36,841 nucleotides of DNA, taken from the NCBI GenBank assembly GCA_031414955.1, contig JANOQV010000266.1:1-36841 (forward strand). Direction: 5' to 3'. Source of the DNA: Pedosphaera sp. Its GTDB lineage: Bacteria > Verrucomicrobiota > Verrucomicrobiia > Limisphaerales > SIBH01. Under the pieces are notes generated by a model that worked only from the letters and a program-made list of their open reading frames with translations, searched no databases and had not been told where the DNA came from. The position numbers and the translations under genes are program-made. Positions 35,222 through 36,841 of this stretch are shown piece by piece (positions within the stretch are counted from its first letter, which is position 1; each line of letters opens with the position of its first letter).

Positions 35222-35754
35222 GTTCCCTGGCCTCCGGCTGGTTCGGTCAGAATGCACCTGCGTACGAACTGTTCCGCGCCATCAATGGTGGCCAGGGTTT
35301 GATCTGCGGTTGCGTCGGCCCGGGCAAATTTCAACTGATCGAAGAACTTAAGAAACTCCCCGAGCTGCGACTGCGCTTCGGCGCCCAACTCCGGCGCGGC
35401 TTGCGCGGCCCCGAGGAATTCGCGCGTGGTCTGATAACGAATGGGCAATGCGAAGCGGGCCTCGATGTAAGTGCGGAGAATGTCCGAACACTCGATGGCC
35501 ACGGCGTAGGCGTCGAGCGTGGCGTGGCGCGCTCGCAGTTCGGCGAGGCGGCGCAATGCTTCGAGGTGCGGCGGCGGGCCGGGCGGAACTTGCGGCGCGG
35601 CTGGCGCGGGCCGGGGACGTTTCATCCACCAACGACGCACGAAGAAACCGGCCACCACCAGTGCAAGCACCACCAAGGCGATGAACCAAGGGCTTTGCCA
35701 CCACACCGGCACGGGCACCAGCGTCAGGTCTTCGATGATGAACGCGTTGGTCAT
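35218..35754 (-). CDS. Single-TM protein, DUF4381-like
   Basis: N-terminal TM, then ILRTYIEARF..TTREFL..DQLKFA; the usual position between DUF58 and BatA. Confidence 0.75.
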   Translation of the reverse strand: MTNAFIIEDLTLVPVPVWWQSPWFIALVVLALVVAGFFVRRWWMKRPRPAPAAPQVPPGPPPHLEALRRLAELRARHATLDAYAVAIECSDILRTYIEARFALPIRYQTTREFLGAAQAAPELGAEAQSQLGEFLKFFDQLKFARADATADQTLATIDGAEQFVRRCILTEPAGGQGT

Positions 35755-35757
35755 GGC

Positions 35758-36666
35758 TCAGGCAACGCGACGGCGGGCTTGGAGCGCGAGGAACATGCGC
35801 AGCGGATTGGCCCAAGGCCTGGCGGTATCGATCTCCAGGTGGCCGATGCGAGAACGGCGAAAGAACTCGCGGAGATTTTCCTGACGCTGAGCCGCCGCCT
35901 GCTCGAAGGCCGCGCGCACCGCCGGATTGCCCGTGTCCACTTCAAGCGCCTCGCCGGTCTCCGCATCCTCCACGATGGCTAACCCGACATCCGGGATGTG
36001 CCGCTCGCGCGGATCGATCATCTGGAACGCGAGCAGGTCGTGGCGCTGGTTGGCGGACTTGAGCGCGGATTCGTAGCCGGCGTCGTGAAAATCCGAGAGC
36101 ACGAACATGAGCGCCGGGCGATGCGTGACGCGGGCGGCAAACTCCAACGCCTTGCTCACACTCGTGCCGCTGGCGCGCGGCGTGTGCGTGAGCAGATCGC
36201 GGAGCAGTCGCTGCACATGCTGACGCGTCTTGCGCGGGGGCAGGTAATGCTCGACCTCGCCCGTGAAGAGAATCAGGCCGACGCGGTCGTTGTTGCGAAT
36301 GGCGCTGAGAGCCAGCGTGCCGGCCAGTTCGGCGGCGAGTTCACGCTTGGTCAGGCCGCTGGTGCCGAAATGTCCGCTCGCGCTCAGGTCCACGAGCAGC
36401 ACCACGGTCAGCTCGCGCTCCTCGACATGGCGTTTGATGAACGTCTTGCGCAGGCGCGCGCTCACGTTCCAATCAATGCGCCGCACGTCATCGCCGGGCG
36501 TGTATTCGCGCACGTCCACGAAATCCATGCCGCGGCCCTTGAAGATCGAATCGCACTGGCCGGACATGAGTTCCTGCGAGACGAGGCGCGAGCGGACTTC
36601 GACGTGGCGGAGGCGCTTCACGGTGAAGTTGGAGACGGCGGCGAGGGTGGAGGCGGTCGCAGTCAT
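35758..36666 (-). CDS. DUF58 domain protein
   Basis: FKGRGMDFVDVREYTPGDDVRRIDWNVSAR, EERELTV, DLSAS, NDRVGL, LSDF. Confidence 0.92.
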   Translation of the reverse strand: MTATASTLAAVSNFTVKRLRHVEVRSRLVSQELMSGQCDSIFKGRGMDFVDVREYTPGDDVRRIDWNVSARLRKTFIKRHVEERELTVVLLVDLSASGHFGTSGLTKRELAAELAGTLALSAIRNNDRVGLILFTGEVEHYLPPRKTRQHVQRLLRDLLTHTPRASGTSVSKALEFAARVTHRPALMFVLSDFHDAGYESALKSANQRHDLLAFQMIDPRERHIPDVGLAIVEDAETGEALEVDTGNPAVRAAFEQAAAQRQENLREFFRRSRIGHLEIDTARPWANPLRMFLALQARRRVA

Positions 36667-36680
36667 GGCGCAGCCGGAAA

Positions 36681-36734
36681 AAATCCAAATCCCAAATCCC
36701 AAATCCCAAACAAATTCCAAACTCCAAAATCCAA
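36681..36734. repeat. Heptamer tandem repeat (aaatccc-type), degenerate
   Basis: aaatcc aaatccc aaatccc aaatccc aaac aaattcc aaactcc aaaatcc. Confidence 0.85.
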
Positions 36735-36759
36735 GGGACGCGCTCGGTTGTTCGGACGT

Positions 36760-36841
36760 AAAGCGGCGCTGAAGCGACCGCACTCCAAACGCTGGCGCGA
36801 AGCACTAGACGCCTTGTGATGCGCGGAGCGTTTGGAGTGCG
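36760..36841. repeat. REP-like inverted doublet, cut by the window end
   Basis: Perfect 15-bp inverted repeat cgcactccaaacgct (36779-36793) / agcgtttggagtgcg (36827-36841), preceded by aaagcggcgctgaagcgacc. Confidence 0.75.

Noticed and set aside
33952..36783. N-terminal extensions given by the ORF track for the BatB-like (to 34158) and DUF58 (to 36783) genes
   Set aside because: They are translations of palindromic and heptamer repeat DNA; family-typical starts lie at 33951 and 36666.
18410..36819. Long antisense or alternate-frame ORFs over housekeeping, NRPS and Bat genes (e.g. 20140..21639, 21818..23122, 23143..24411, 25024..26616, 31733..32968)
   Set aside because: Same shadow-ORF artefact; the opposite strand carries the recognisable family motifs.
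1..36841. tRNA, rRNA or known riboswitch genes
   Set aside because: I saw no cloverleaf, rRNA-like or recognisable riboswitch consensus in the intergenic regions. A covariance-model search was not possible, so weak ncRNAs are not excluded.

Overview
GC-rich bacterial DNA. The heptamer-repeat style and Thr-Asn-rich exported proteins suggest a Verrucomicrobiota/PVC-type host, but that is inference only. (1) 1-18142, minus strand: a polymorphic Rhs toxin array. The parent is a 3853-aa signal-peptide-bearing adhesin-Rhs gene (beta-solenoid tip, Ig/cadherin stalk, PKD-like repeats with an inserted beta-propeller, YD shell, unrecognised C-terminal toxin) with a membrane immunity candidate. It is followed by a 1431-aa orphan Rhs that carries a whole shell, a different toxin and two coupled small genes, and then by a third Rhs remnant cut by the right end of an IS630-like element. 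A conserved ~340-bp non-coding element, with a ~60-bp core present three times, separates the modules. (2) 18476-23146: housekeeping genes (trxB, L7/L12-like membrane protein, rhodanese, GlcD-like FAD oxidase, Tat-exported Gfo/Idh/MocA oxidoreductase). (3) 23449-29840: a compact candidate biosynthetic operon made of an atypical LeuB/IDH-family dehydrogenase, an isochorismatase-aldehyde dehydrogenase fusion and a single-module A-T-C NRPS-like enzyme lacking the amino-acid-binding Asp. A secreted double-NIPSNAP gene follows. (4) 31181-36666, minus strand: a DUF58 / DUF4381 / vWA / vWA / TPR (Bat-type) operon. Several REP/MITE-like palindromes and heptamer repeats occur throughout, some translated in frame inside genes. 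All calls come from reading the sequence and recalled family motifs; no searches were run.
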